Positions 1-11,384 of a stretch of 64,000 nucleotides of DNA are shown here, one piece after another. The translations under genes were made by a program, and so were the position numbers. The DNA comes from Terriglobia bacterium (GTDB lineage: Bacteria; Acidobacteriota; Terriglobia; Acidiferrales; UBA7541), in assembly GCA_963705015.1 (NCBI GenBank), contig CAVPIN010000002.1, positions 2,207,697 through 2,271,696 on the forward strand, in the 5' to 3' direction. How positions within the stretch are numbered: position 1 is the first letter of the stretch; each line of letters begins with the position of its first letter. The notes beneath the pieces are model-generated. The model was not told the DNA's origin, ran no database searches, and saw only the letters and a program-made list of their open reading frames with translations.

Positions 1-1164
1 CGTCACAGTGAAGGTCCCTGTCGCGGGGTCATACAACTCCGCACTAGCCACGCCGTTAAAGTTATTGTCGACGCCGCCTGTAACAAGCACCCGTCCATTG
101 TTCAGTAACGTCGCGGTGTGTCCGACGCGGGCACTGGTCATACCACCCGTGGCGGTGAAGGTCCCCGTCGCGGGGTCGCACAACTCCGCACTTGCCAGGG
201 GGGTCCCAGAGTTGTCGTAGCCCCCCGCAACAAGCACCATTCCATTATTCAGCAGCGTCGCGGTGTGACCATAGCGGGGGCTGGTCATATTACCCGTCAA
301 TACAAAGTCGATGCAGGTGACCACCACGCTCGTGACATTGGCGCTGGCGACTGTTCCGCTCGCTCCGGCGGTTACCCCGCAGGTCTGCGCCGGGTTGGAA
401 GGCTGCGAAAACACCGTGACGTTAAAAGTGCCGCCGCTGACGATGGCCGTGGTGAACGTGAAGCTGGTTGCACCTGCGCTGACGGCCAGGTTGTTGCCGC
501 CATTGTTCTGCAACACCAGTCCCGCGCCGGAGAGACCCGAGACCGTGCCCCCGATGGTGTAGGTATTTGTGGTGCAGGTGACCACCACGCTCGTGACATT
601 GGCGCTGGCGACTGTTCCGCTCGCTCCGGCGGTTACCCCGCAGGTCTGCGCCGGGTTGGAAGGCTGCGAAAACACCGTGACGTTAAAAGTGCCGCCGCTG
701 ACGATGGCCGTGGTGAACGTGAAGCTGGTCGCACCTGCGCTGACGGCCAGGTTGTTGCCGCCATTGTTCTGCAACACCAGTCCCGCGCCGGAGAGACCCG
801 AGACCGTGCCCCCGATGGTGTAGGTATTTGTGGTGCAGGTGACCACCACGCTCGTGACATTGGTGCTGGCGGCCGTTCCGCTCGCACCAGCGGTTACCCC
901 GCAGGTCTGCGCCGGGTTGGAAGGCTGCGAATACACCGTGACGTTAAAAGTGCCGCCGCTGACGATGGCCGTGGTGAACGTGAAGCTTCCGTTTGTGGCG
1001 ACCGACAGGTTGTTGCCACCATTGTCCTGCAACACAAGCCCTGAGCCCGTAAGGCCTGAGACCGTGCCTCCGATGGTGTAGGTCGACGCAGCCCCCTGGT
1101 CGATACCACAGGAAGCGAGAAGGAACGAAGACACGATTGCCAATATGAACATAAATGACTTCAT
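1..1164 (-). CDS. Lipoprotein with three tandem 87-aa repeats followed by Kelch-type repeats (3' end lies beyond the window start)
   Basis: Absent from the ORF track because it runs off the left edge. Reverse-strand ATG at 1164-1162 gives [20 protein letters not shown] (signal peptide plus lipobox). Then come 3 units [11 protein letters not shown]...NVTSVVVTC, then [23 protein letters not shown] and [20 protein letters not shown] (Kelch-like). The frame is open to nt 1 (388 codons). Confidence 0.85.
   Translation of the reverse strand, partial: MKSFMFILAIVSSFLLASCGIDQGAASTYTIGGTVSGLTGSGLVLQDNGGNNLSVATNGSFTFTTAIVSGGTFNVTVYSQPSNPAQTCGVTAGASGTAASTNVTSVVVTCTTNTYTIGGTVSGLSGAGLVLQNNGGNNLAVSAGATSFTFTTAIVSGGTFNVTVFSQPSNPAQTCGVTAGASGTVASANVTSVVVTCTTNTYTIGGTVSGLSGAGLVLQNNGGNNLAVSAGATSFTFTTAIVSGGTFNVTVFSQPSNPAQTCGVTAGASGTVASANVTSVVVTCIDFVLTGNMTSPRYGHTATLLNNGMVLVAGGYDNSGTPLASAELCDPATGTFTATGGMTSARVGHTATLLNNGRVLVTGGVDNNFNGVASAELYDPATGTFTVT
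311..1083. repeat. Tandem 261-bp (87-codon) repeat, 3 copies, inside the Kelch lipoprotein gene
   Basis: Copies at about 311-564 and 572-825 differ by a single base that I could see (gctggttgc vs gctggtcgc). The third copy (to 1083) is clearly diverged. The period of 261 is visible in the repeated ORF-track artefacts 311/569/830. Confidence 0.9.
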
Positions 1165-1534
1165 CGTTGCCACCCTATGAGTACTGGCGTTGGCTGGATC
1201 ATGCATCCGCCTGAAGAACTTTGAATGAGTACACGATGTGTGTCCTGCGACCATGGGCTGGGTGCCTCCCGTCGGCAAAGCTCTCGGCTCTTATCGAGTA
1301 TCGAGGACGCTCGAAAAGTGTCGAACTATGTGATAAGTGGTGCTATAAACAAGGTCCTACCGGCGGGCGACATATTCACTAAGCTAGCGACAGTCTCATT
1401 AAATGGCCACCGCATGAAGTCGCCTCACCGAACGGTAGGGGACATTGCTCGACCCCGGCAGAAAAAACAAGTTGGAAGGAGTTAAACGGGGGTTTAATAC
1501 CCTTGTAGCAATCTGAGAACAAGGAATATTTTCC

Positions 1535-3359
1535 GTGTTACCACTTAAGCTAGATAGCCAAGCCGTACGTGCGCAATTGGAGCGCGTGCTCGGCAGCGCG
1601 GGTTTCGCGCGCAACGAGCGCCTGTCGCGGTTCCTGCGGTTTGTGGTCGAGCAGGATCTAGCGGGTAGGGATAGCGAGATCAAAGAATCGGTGATTGCCG
1701 TCGAGGTCTTCGGTCGCAGTACCGATTACGATCCCAAGCTCGACTCCATCGTGCGGACAGAAGCAGGCCGGCTTCGGGCGCGGCTCACCGAGTATTACAG
1801 CGGGGAAGGAAGGAACGATCCGATAGTCCTCGAACTGCCGAAGGGCGGCTACGTACCCCTGTTTCGCGAGCGGGATGAGGTGCACGAGAAACTGCAAGAG
1901 GAGCCCCAGGGGGAATCCCGGACGGAACCCACGCCCCGTGATGGCCGACGTTGGCTTGCAATCGCGGCTGCCGTGTTCCTGTCAGTTCTGGCGGCTGTCG
2001 GGGGCTGGTGGTGGCAACATCGTAATAGTGAGCCTGTAACCATCGCAGTTCTGCCGCTGGAAAGCTTGAGCCCAGATCCAGCCAACGACTATTTTGCGGA
2101 CGGGCTCACCGACGAGATTATCCGCAATTTATCGGTGATCGAGGGATTGGCCGTGCGCTCCCAAACCTCTTCGTTTGCCTTCAAAGGGAAACCCGCCAAC
2201 GTGCGCGATGTTGCCAAACAACTAAACGTCGATTACATCCTGGAAGGCTCGGTGCTGCGCGACGGCCCGCGGTTGCGAATCAATGCCCAGTTGGTTCGAG
2301 TCCGCGACGACTTACCGGTGTGGTCGGGCGAGTTTGACCGAGAGCTGAAAGACATCTTTGCGATCCAGGACGAACTTTCTCGAGGTATCGTCAACAACTT
2401 GCGGTTGAAACTCGGCCGGGGCCGGCGGCGCTACGAGACCAGCGTGGAAGCCTACGATCTCTACCTTCGCGCACGCGCTCTACCAATTCAGCTTGGCATT
2501 TTGCGCGGGTATAACGCCGAAAGTATCGGTCTCTTCGAGAAATCAATCGCCATAGACCCCTCTTTTGCGCCTGCGTATGCGGGTCTCGCCTCGGCATACG
2601 CAACCGCTTCGGCTGGCGGCGTTTCGCTTGATTTGGATATGGCCGACAAGTTGGTTCGGATGCGAACCGCGGCGGAAAAGGCAATCCAGTTGGACCCGCT
2701 GCTGGCCGAAGCCCACGAAGCGCTGGGTATGGCCTACGCACGTGACGGACAATTGGAGCAGTCAGAAAAAGGCCTTCCGCCGCGCTATCGAGCTCGACCC
2801 CAACCTCTCGATCGCGTACGATGAATTCGCCATGGATCTTCTTTTGCCGCTCGGTCGGATCAGGGAGGCACTCCACGAGGTGCGCATTGCGGAGAGAACG
2901 GATCCACTCTCACCCGCGGCTCAGTGGATCCGGCCTACGTGCTCATTTCGGCTGGCCGATACGACGAGGCTGCTGAGCATTGCGAGAAGCTGCCGACAGA
3001 ATATCCCACAAAGAGTGAATGTCTCGGCCGCGCCCGGTTAGGCCAAGGGAGAATCGACGAGGCGATCCAGCTTCTCGCTACAGCCGATAGCTCGTGGCTA
3101 TCTCGGATATGCGTATGCGCGAGCCGGTCGCCGGGTGGAGGCCGAAGAACTTGCGACTGCCATGCCACGAAATAATTTCAACCAAGCACTGATCTTCGCC
3201 GGTCTCGGCGACAAGGACCGTACTTTTGAAGCTCTGGATCGGATGACGCAGCTGGGGCCCTTTCGGGTCGGAAGGATGCTCACATTCCCAGAATTGGCTC
3301 TGCTTCGTGGTGATCCTCGCGTGAAAGAGCTTCGCAAGAAGGCTGGCTTACCGAATTAG
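1535..3359 (+). pseudogene. TPR-repeat membrane protein with N-terminal regulatory-like domain and TolB-N-like periplasmic domain; 3 frame disruptions
   Basis: GTG start 1535. The N-terminus LERVLGSAGFARNERLSRFLRFVVEQ...PKGGYVPLF is followed by a TM segment, then VLPLESLSPDPANDYFADGLTDEIIRNLS, then TPRs. The protein sequence continues across frames 2>3>2>3 at about 2770 (..GQLEQSEK / AFRRAIELDPN..), about 2920 (..LSPAAQ / DPAYVLISAGRYDEA..) and about 3090 (..LLATAD / ARGYLGYAYARAGRRVEAEEL..). It ends ..LRKKAGLPN at 3359. Confidence 0.75.
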
Positions 3360-3417
3360 GAACTTTCTCGCCAACGCTCCCATAGAGGAAGTTAAAGTTT
3401 CCGCCCACTAAGTCGAG

Positions 3418-6400
3418 TCAGAAACTCACTCTCATTCCGAATTGAAATGCTCGTGGGCCGCCCGAACCGAAGACCTGTGTCGCGCGGCTGGTGGGCTGTC
3501 CAAACGCGGCGCTCGTCAAATCGCCGCTGTAGCCGGATAGGTTTGCCTTATTGTATAGGTTGAATCCCTCGCCGATGAGGGACACGCGCCAGCGCTCTTG
3601 AAATAAGAAAGACCGGCTCAGCCGCAGATCCAGCGCTTGAAAATTGTCGCCGAACGAATATCGGGCCGGAAGTGTCAGGGGCGGAATTGAGACGGCCTTG
3701 AGCGTCTTTTGTGCCAGCGTAAGTTTGGTTGAACTGCCCGACGAGCCGGACTAAATCCGCACGCCCCATCCCGCTGTTGAATGCATTCACCGTTGTGCCA
3801 GGTAGCAGGTCGCCCGTAGTGCCGTCGCCGTTGAAATCAATCCCGCCGACGTATGCACTGAACGGGGGGGCGCTCGAATAAGAAAAATTGGCGCCCAGCT
3901 CGAATCGCCAGGGCAGTCGCGCTACGCCAGCGAAGTTTAGGATGTGCGCTGAGCCATCTGGGCCAACATTTTGGAGCCAATTGTCGAGATTGAAGCCGTT
4001 GCCCATTTGGATTGAGGTGTCTCTCGAAAACGCGTACGAACCCAAAAACTGGAAGCCGTGCGAAAACCGTTTTTCGGCGCGCAACAGTAAACCTCGGTAC
4101 GTGGCGCGAAACGAAGCCATTTGCACATTTATGGGGCCAAGCGAACAGATGGCCTGAGGATCATTGGCTTGAGCACCAACACACTTCGGGATCACGGGTC
4201 CGCGGATACTGTTGAAGTGGTTCAGGTCAAAGGAACCTCCATTGTCCGGGACATGCACGAAATGACGGTAGACAAGATCAGCGGTTAAAACGAAGTCGTG
4301 GCCAATTTCACGCTGAACGCCGATATTTGCCTGTAGCGAAGATGGATTCGGCACATTTTCGGGAAAAATCGCTGCGGGAGCTTGTTTGGTGATTTGGATC
4401 GCCTGCACCGTCGGATCCCCATTCGCGAGGTTTTGACTGAGGCCACTCCGAATGGCTGGCAGAACGGACAGTAAATCCGCAGCCGTGAAAAACGTGGGAG
4501 AGCCGGTGAAGTTCAGCGGTTTGCCAACAGGCACGCCGGGGACCCCCGGTAAAGGGTTGGGAATTGAAGTTCCCTGATAAGTTTGGAGACCCAGACCCGG
4601 TGGACCGAGAGAGACGCGCTCCGAATCCATCGTACCGGTTAATCCCTGAGGTCCATAAAACAGGCCGGCGCCGGCGCGAATCACGGTCTTGCCGTCCTTT
4701 GCAGGTGCCCAAGCCAGTCCGAGCATGGGCGAAAAGTTCGTCCAACGATTCCGGGTTGGACCCAAGCCATCGGATCCCAGCAGAGGCGCAAGCAACTGGG
4801 GCTTCCAGAGGTCGTGGTTGAGGTTGCCGTCGAACATCCAGCCCAGGCCGTAGTTCAGTGTCAGTCGTTCTTGCAGCCGCCAAGTATCCTGAAAATAGAG
4901 CCACTGCGTGTTCCAGGCTCGGACAAAGCTTCCATTTTCCTGCGGAACCTGCGGGTCACCGACCGAAACCGTCATGCTTTGTAGTGGAAGTTGGAGAATA
5001 TCGTCCAAAGTCTGAAATGCAGCTGGCAGCGGGATTCTCATCCCGGCCGGGGTCTGGGGATTCGCATTGTATGTTCGAACCTGATCCGGCGAGAAGAGTG
5101 TCAAGCTCACCGGTTCGTTTTTCCAAATGAGTATTATTGTCGCGGTCGTGTTCCAGATCGGCGCCGAAGCGCACGCGATGAGCGCCATGCTGCCAAGAAA
5201 TGGAATCGTTGAACTCGAAGCGACGTTCGAGATTATAAACGGCCCCGGAGTTTCCAATGAGGAGGCCTGCCTGAGGGATATTGATCGAGGGCGCGCCGAG
5301 ACCGAGACAAGCGGGGCAGTCCTGATCGCGCGCGGCAGTCATTCCGGTGCTGACGAAGAAGTACGAAAAGCGAAAATCGTTGACGATCGTGGGACTGAGA
5401 ACGCTTGTCAGACCCAACAAGCTCTGGTCGACCCAGGCAGACACGTGATTCCAACTCGACGGATAATCGTTCGGCGAGCCGCCGCTGATGGTCGATGCAA
5501 CTGGTCCAAAGGCACTGCTGCCGTCGTGCGAATAACGTACAAATGCTGTGTGGGCATTGTTGATTTTCCCGTCCAACCGCACGCTGAGCAGATCCCCGAA
5601 TAAAGGGCTGTTGGTGATTCGGCTGAAAGAAGCGAAATCCGGTGTGAGCAAAGTAGTGGCGGAAACGCCTCGTTGTTCGTTGCGCTCCCAGCTCCCAAAA
5701 TAAAATACGCGGTTGCGTCGGATTGGACCACCGATCGCGAAACCGAACTGCTGCCTTTGGAAGAACGGGTCAGGGTCGGATGGGTCACGGTTAAGTGCGG
5801 GATAGGCAGCGAGCTTATGGTCGCGGAAAAAGTAGAAAGCCGTGCCATGGAGATCGTTGCCTCCGGAGCGCGTAATGATATTCATGGCTCCGGATTCCGC
5901 AACGCCAGTTGAAAGATCGAAATTGACTGTCGAAATCTGAAACTCTTGCACGGCTTCTTGCGAGAGGTCCATCTGCGAACCCCCGAGACCGACCGAGGTG
6001 ATGCTGCCCCCATCAACGGTAACACGCGATCCTCCGACGTTACTGCCGGGCGCGCTCAAAATCGGCACCACACTGCGGTTTCGGTTCGCGGGAGCCGGAG
6101 CCTGGACACCAGGTTCAAGCTTAGCCAGCTCGAGGAAGCTGCGCCCGTTCAGCGGAAGGCCATCGATCTGGCTCTGAGTCACAATGCCACCGATGGCGGA
6201 CGAATCGTAGTGCAACAACGGCAAAGCAGCGTCCACGATGACCGACTCGCTAACTCCGCCAACGCGGAGCGCAAAATCCGTCGTCGTAGTTGTCCCAGCT
6301 TCCACCGTTGCCTCTCGAACCACCCGCTGCAAACCCGGAGACTGAGCGCTCACTTCATATTCGCCGGCCGGAAGCGCCGGAAAGCTGTAATCCCCCTGCC

Positions 6401-6579
6401 CCGATAGTGAGGGCTGCCCGGGCTAGGCCGGTCGCGCGGTTGATCGCCTGCACTTGGGCGCCAGCTATCACGGCGCCCGACGGATCATGCACGACGCCCG
6501 CAATGGTTCCGACCGGGGCCTGCGCCAGGCACTCGCTGGCCGAGGTACACAGGAGACACAGAATGGCGAGCACTTTCAT
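3418..6579 (-). pseudogene. TonB-dependent receptor with N-terminal carboxypeptidase-regulatory-like domain; 3 frame disruptions
   Basis: Signal peptide MKVLAILCLLCTSASECLAQA, then GTIAGVVHDPSGAVIAGAQVQAINRATG. The frame breaks at about 6392 (G5 run; restoring it gives GAGDYSFPALPAGEYEVSAQSPG), about 5130 (..HDRDNNT / LIWKNEPVSLTLFSP..) and about 3690 (..DAQGR / IPPLTLPARYSFGDNFQALDLRLSR..). The true C-terminus ..FGSGGPRAFQFGMRVSF stops at 3420-3418 (canonical terminal Phe). Confidence 0.8.
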
Positions 6580-7188
6580 ATGGTTCTTTGACTCTCTGGC
6601 CTTCAGAGTGCGACTTAGAGTATCGAAACAGCAATCTCAGACTGAAGGTGCGAAGGGTCCGTCACTGGTAGCTCCCTTCGTTCGCATTCGTCAGCAGGCA
6701 CAGATGTTACCCATCGCGGGCGGATTGTACACCAAGCGCAAATAGTGCGTCTTGAACCTAGCGGAATGTATGGTTCGCCGCGAAGTTGCAAGGGGCAAAG
6801 GTGGTCTGCGCAAATGTATCTCGCCCTTGACGGAATTGTTGACATTGGTCATCACGGGCCCGTGAAGTTGTGCCGGCTCAACCAATGCCACCCCGCCTGG
6901 TATAAAAGTGATGCGTGATGGCCTGCTCATCGGAGCTGGGCGGAAACTTTGTGGTAAGAATATTCCCTGTTTTCAGATCCGCGCAGATGTATTAAACCCC
7001 CGATCCAACCCCTTCTGACTTGTTGCTTTCTCCGTGGGTGAGTACTCTCTGCCGCATGAAAAGCGAGTGATCGGGTAAAGAGCGCATGCCGCAACAGCGA
7101 CCTGCCTTTCGGGAGCCCGGTACACGTTCTCTATGGACACGACTTGCGTTAGGGACAAAGGTGACAACTCTCAAATCTGGAGGATTTC

Positions 7189-7812
7189 ATGAAAGACAAA
7201 CGATTGTGGCTGACTAAATTGATCATGGCGGTTCTTGTGCTGACGGTAGGTACCTGCGTTCTGGCCCAGGCACGCAGGCCCGAGCGACTAAGCGGCTTAC
7301 TCAGTGACTACACTCCCCTAAACGCTGGTGCCAGTCCCACTGGACCGTGGGAAATGCGCGGCCAGTGGTCATTGAACGTTAAGAAAGACGGCAAAGCTGA
7401 TTTTTCAGCCGTCATGAACATGGAACTGTCCGATTACTGGCTCTTTAATTCCAATTCAGATGCAGGCAATCCGACGATCCGCAGTGCCCACACTCACCAC
7501 ATCACCATGACCAACGCTGCGGTTACGTACAACCCGGTTGACTGCCCAGCCGAGAGTCCTGCGAACACTCCTCGCTTAGAGGTTAACGGCACCGCCGACT
7601 TCATTACCGGTAACGGGAACCCGGCGCCTTTTGAGGCAAAGGGACCGTCAACGCTGCAGGTGTGCATCACCGGAGGTTCGGACGTCGAGCACGCGAACAT
7701 GACGTTGGTGTTCACTGGGCCCGCAACCGGACATTTCGGAACCCAGGCCGTCCATGGCGTAGTTCGCTTTCCGCACAAGGAGGTTGGCGATAGAGATTCA
7801 GACAAACCGTAA
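7189..7812 (+). CDS. Secreted hypothetical protein
   Basis: GGAGG Shine-Dalgarno 6 nt upstream of the ATG. Signal peptide KLIMAVLVLTVGTCVLAQA. 207-aa ORF. No family recognised. Confidence 0.7.
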   Translation: MKDKRLWLTKLIMAVLVLTVGTCVLAQARRPERLSGLLSDYTPLNAGASPTGPWEMRGQWSLNVKKDGKADFSAVMNMELSDYWLFNSNSDAGNPTIRSAHTHHITMTNAAVTYNPVDCPAESPANTPRLEVNGTADFITGNGNPAPFEAKGPSTLQVCITGGSDVEHANMTLVFTGPATGHFGTQAVHGVVRFPHKEVGDRDSDKP

Positions 7813-7880
7813 AGGGCATCGCCGCTGAACCACTCGTGCACATTTTGGCCCATTTGTTTCAGAGCGCGTCGAGGTGACCC

Positions 7881-7941
7881 GACCGGGATTTTTGTGCCAG
7901 GTGAAGTGAGAGAGAATTCACCTGGCACAAAAATCCCGGTC
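7881..7941. repeat. Perfect 25-bp inverted repeat (hairpin, 11-nt loop) downstream of the 7189-7812 gene
   Basis: gaccgggatttttgtgccaggtgaa (7881-7905) / loop gtgagagagaa / ttcacctggcacaaaaatcccggtc (7917-7941). There is no immediate T-run, so a terminator role is uncertain. Confidence 0.8.
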
Positions 7942-9354
7942 AGGTCATTGATCATCTTTTTCCTCCATCAAAGTTTGTCATGCCTTTCGTTCATATAGAC
8001 TCCAGCGTGATAACCGAAATTCCCGAAATCAAAGTCTGGAATAAAATCGTTGGCTATCGAGTCTTGATGCCAGAGTCCCTGCTCACGAGGCAGGTGCTTC
8101 CTTCCAAGCTACCTATCTCAAAGGCCCGAAATCGGAGACGCAGTGAGTTCGGTGACTATTTCGCCCTGAAGAGTGTCGACGATCCATTACGAAACTACGA
8201 AACGACCGGATAAGGCTCTGTCGAGTGCGGTGTCGATCCCTTGGGTGGTGTTGGTCGCCACATCTCAGCGCCCATTCGCCTGACCTACTGTTGCCACTGT
8301 TGCCAGATTGGCCTTCCTTTTAGTGTCTGAGATGGTCTAGGATTGACTCGGCGTTACAGCAAGGCATCGGAGGAAGTGGTAACAAACAGTACAATTTAGT
8401 GGTTATTCAAGGGGTTTCTGCAAGTCATCGAGCCTAATCCAGGCCTCCCAGCCATATTTCAAAACGTAGCAAATTCCCTGACAAAACTGAGGAATCCATA
8501 GAAGACGCCGGAATTGTTACCGCCTCTGTTACCGGTCTGGGTATAAGAGGCGGTTTGCGTTTTCCTTCTGCCAAGTCGGTTGGTGGAATTGGCGTGGTCG
8601 CGACATGACAAGTCTGATTCCACGCAGATTCACTTTCGACTGATGGAACGAGGGTTCATGCCTCATCCCGCAAATTGGTATCGGACGAAGGTAATTACGT
8701 TAACCGGTTGAACCACCACGGGAAAGAATGTGGTATCGCAAATCGTAGCGCACTTAGTGAGAGGGATGCACAGGGGAACTTGAGCCAATTCAACAGTATA
8801 GATTTTTTAATGCCATGGTTCGGGATCAGGAGCGTGGTCCGAGAGTTAGAAGCATCGCTCGCCGATCAATTGAGCATTGCAGTGGCAAGCCACGCGCCAT
8901 CAACTTGCCAAAGACCCTCAGACATCAGGGAATTGAGCTTCCCTGTTCGTTCCCTGATCGGCCCCTGTTCCCATCGTCCTCGAGAACGCATTTTTCATCT
9001 GTAAACGCAACCTCTGTTGGCGCTTACCTCCGAGGCGATGCGATCAAGAGGGCCGATTTCCCTGTATTTTTCCCTGGTTAGCGGGGAACCTGGCGGAGAA
9101 GAGTTCGCATCGGACTGCGTCCTCCGCCATCAATTTTCGAAAACGACGGAGTGGTCGGAGTGGGATGAAGCAACCCTCATCCATTCGATGATCCTGGTGC
9201 TTCGAGAACGCCCTGCCGAGTGGCTAACCTTCAAGAGACTGAAGGTGGGCTCAGATGACAAACCAAGGAACACAATGACCAGTTTTTGCGTCCAGTCGAT
9301 TGCCGCCCGGCAGAGGTGCTTTTGTTTCAGGTGTGCGGAGTGCGCCGCCAAATT

Positions 9355-9951
9355 CTATTCGCGCCGCCCGAACGTATATACCAAGTTGAGCGACGTTCGC
9401 AAGTTGGGTTGCCCCTGGATCGCCACATTTGAATTGAAAAATGAATTGCGCAGGTACTCTACTTCCGGCCGCAATGACAATGCCGGCGAGATCTGGAATT
9501 GAAATCCTGCGCCGCCCGCCCACGCAGGGTGGTTCACGAACCCCCGCACCAGCGTTCCGTCGCTCTCGAAGTTCACCCCGGTCTCTCTCGCCCCGCCCAG
9601 CAGCACTTGCGCATGGATAGAGAATTTGCTCCGCCGAACCGGATAGAAAACCGGCCCGCCCATGTACGTTAAGAGGTCCGCGCTGCGGCCCGTCTGAAAC
9701 GCATCGAAGGAACGCGAATACCCCACTTCCAGTTTCGCTGCAAAGTGAGCATTCAGGTCCGCACTTCCCGAAACCAGGACCCCGGTCATCGCCAGCTTTC
9801 CCTGCGAGGGCACGTCAGCCTGCATATACGTGCTCCCGATACCCCACTCAACTACAGGCGCGATTCCCGCAATCGCGGGCGCCTGTGCGCGCCCCTGGGA
9901 GGCCAGACCCAGAAAGATCAGCAAGAGCCAAAGTTTGAACATCGTTCTCAT
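9355..9951 (-). CDS. Outer-membrane beta-barrel protein (OmpW/OmpA-like small barrel)
   Basis: Start trimmed to MRTMFKLWLLLIFLGLASQGRAQA (signal peptide). Alternating beta-strand pattern. C-terminus ..RTSLNLVYTFGRRE. Sits 64 bp downstream of the DUF1501 gene. Confidence 0.7.
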   Translation of the reverse strand: MRTMFKLWLLLIFLGLASQGRAQAPAIAGIAPVVEWGIGSTYMQADVPSQGKLAMTGVLVSGSADLNAHFAAKLEVGYSRSFDAFQTGRSADLLTYMGGPVFYPVRRSKFSIHAQVLLGGARETGVNFESDGTLVRGFVNHPAWAGGAGFQFQISPALSLRPEVEYLRNSFFNSNVAIQGQPNLRTSLNLVYTFGRRE

Positions 9952-10015
9952 AAGTCGGGCGCCTCTTCTTGTTGTGCAGCCACTGCAGTTATCTCGCACA
10001 CAAACTCGTTCGCGA

Positions 10016-11368
10016 CTAGCCCATGAACCCCAGATTGCTGGCCGGAAAATTCGCCAGGTTCGGGAAAATGGACGACAAGTTCGCCGTACTGACTCCAAAC
10101 CACGTCGCCAGCGTCGCCGCATATTGATCCAATGCCGTCGTGGGGATCCAGCGGCCATTCTGGTCGGCGTCGTCCGGCCCGCCCAGCGCGAGTGTCGGGA
10201 ACGTGCCGTAGATAGCGTTGCCCTTCACCGCGCCTCCCAGAATAAACTGGTGGCTCCCCCAAGCGTGGTCCGACCCGCCGCTGGTTCCCGGTTCCATAGT
10301 GCGGCTGAACTCCGAAAGCGTAAATTGGGTCACCTGATTGGTTACGCCCAGTTCCTGTGTGGCTTGATAGAACGCTGACATGCTCGAGCTGACATCCGCG
10401 AGCAGCTGTACCTGTTGCGGCAACTGGTCTGCGTGCGTGTCGAATCCACCGACAGAGCAGAAGAAAATCTGACGTTTTACCCCCAGGGCGCTTTGCGCGG
10501 CAATCACTTGCGCGACCTGCTGCAATTGTTGTCCCAGATAGCTGCCCGGGAATTTTGTCTGCAGCGGATTGACATTCTGTAGCGCACTCGACAGAACCTG
10601 CGCGAACTGCACGGCGTGTCCCGTCACTGCGTTCGCCGCCTGTACCATCGACAAGCCGCTATCGAAAGTCAGTAATTGTTGAGTCGCGGTGTACCGGGCT
10701 TGGGATGCCGCCGATGAATCGAATCCCTGCAGACCAGGCGGCTGGCCGGGGTCCATCGAGAAAGGCCTCGTGCTGATTCCCGTGCAGAAGACGGGACTGC
10801 CGGAAATCGAAAGAATCGGCGGGAACTGCGCTGAGGCGTTGAACGTCTGGACGTTGTCGGCGACCTTGCCGGCCCAGCCGGATACCGGTATTCCGGAGAG
10901 TTGCGCACTTTGCCACTGGTTCTGCTGGTCGGAGTGCGAGAAAAGATTTTCCGGCAGATTTTTGAAGGCGCGGTAGGTCGCTTGCGTCGTAGGCTGCACC
11001 AGCGTCCCCACGTTCGCGACAATCGCCAGTGATTTTTGATTGTTGAAGTATCCCTGCATATCCGGGATGTTCGGGTGCAGCCCGTAGATCGATTGTCCGC
11101 TGATTTGCAGCGGAAGCAGCTCGCCTTGTGGCAGCGCCAACACGCTGCGGGATTGCAAATACTGCGTGTACCGCGAGTCGATCGGCACCAGCACGTTATT
11201 GCTGTCATTTCCGCCAAACATGAAAATGCACACCAGCGCTTTATAATCCGTTGCGCTTTGTGCCAGCGCGCTCACCAGCCCGAATTTGCTGAGCCCGCCC
11301 AACAAGCTCGCGCCGGCTGCCGAGCAGCACGCCAGTCGCAGCAAATCTCTCCGTGTGTGCAGTGTCAT
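10016..11368 (-). CDS. DUF1501 domain protein (sulfatase-like fold, Tat signal)
   Basis: Start at MTLHTRRDLLRLACCSAAGASLL (twin-arginine motif), preceded by aggatgaggag. The body FMFGGNDSNN...HSDQ...GGFDTHA...WGSH is typical of DUF1501. Sits 16 bp after its usual DUF1800 partner. Confidence 0.85.
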   Translation of the reverse strand: MTLHTRRDLLRLACCSAAGASLLGGLSKFGLVSALAQSATDYKALVCIFMFGGNDSNNVLVPIDSRYTQYLQSRSVLALPQGELLPLQISGQSIYGLHPNIPDMQGYFNNQKSLAIVANVGTLVQPTTQATYRAFKNLPENLFSHSDQQNQWQSAQLSGIPVSGWAGKVADNVQTFNASAQFPPILSISGSPVFCTGISTRPFSMDPGQPPGLQGFDSSAASQARYTATQQLLTFDSGLSMVQAANAVTGHAVQFAQVLSSALQNVNPLQTKFPGSYLGQQLQQVAQVIAAQSALGVKRQIFFCSVGGFDTHADQLPQQVQLLADVSSSMSAFYQATQELGVTNQVTQFTLSEFSRTMEPGTSGGSDHAWGSHQFILGGAVKGNAIYGTFPTLALGGPDDADQNGRWIPTTALDQYAATLATWFGVSTANLSSIFPNLANFPASNLGFMG

Positions 11369-11384
11369 CTCTTGCTCCTCATCC

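Noticed and set aside
118-1044. 308-aa plus-strand ORF and the periodic 83-84-aa ORFs (311-562, 569-823, 830-1081 and their minus-strand counterparts)
   Set aside because: These are Arg/Gly/Ala-rich or repetitive translations of the opposite or shifted frames of the real minus-strand lipoprotein gene. That gene has a proper signal peptide, lipobox and Kelch motifs.
311-1083. Regular 261-bp periodicity that could superficially suggest a CRISPR-like or satellite array
   Set aside because: The units are contiguous with no unique spacers, and they are in-frame coding repeats of one protein.
6580-7188. Possible cobalamin or other riboswitch in the long leader of the TonB-dependent receptor; possible promoter with TACAAT (plus-strand attgta at 6724-6729)
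   Set aside because: I could not find the B12-box or other conserved riboswitch cores on the relevant strand. The -35/-10 spacing around the TACAAT did not fit a sigma70 consensus well enough to report.
9017-9502. 161-aa plus-strand ORF
   Set aside because: Its 3' third overlaps the OM barrel gene on the opposite strand. It has no SD, odd composition (Cys/Arg-rich) and no recognisable motif.
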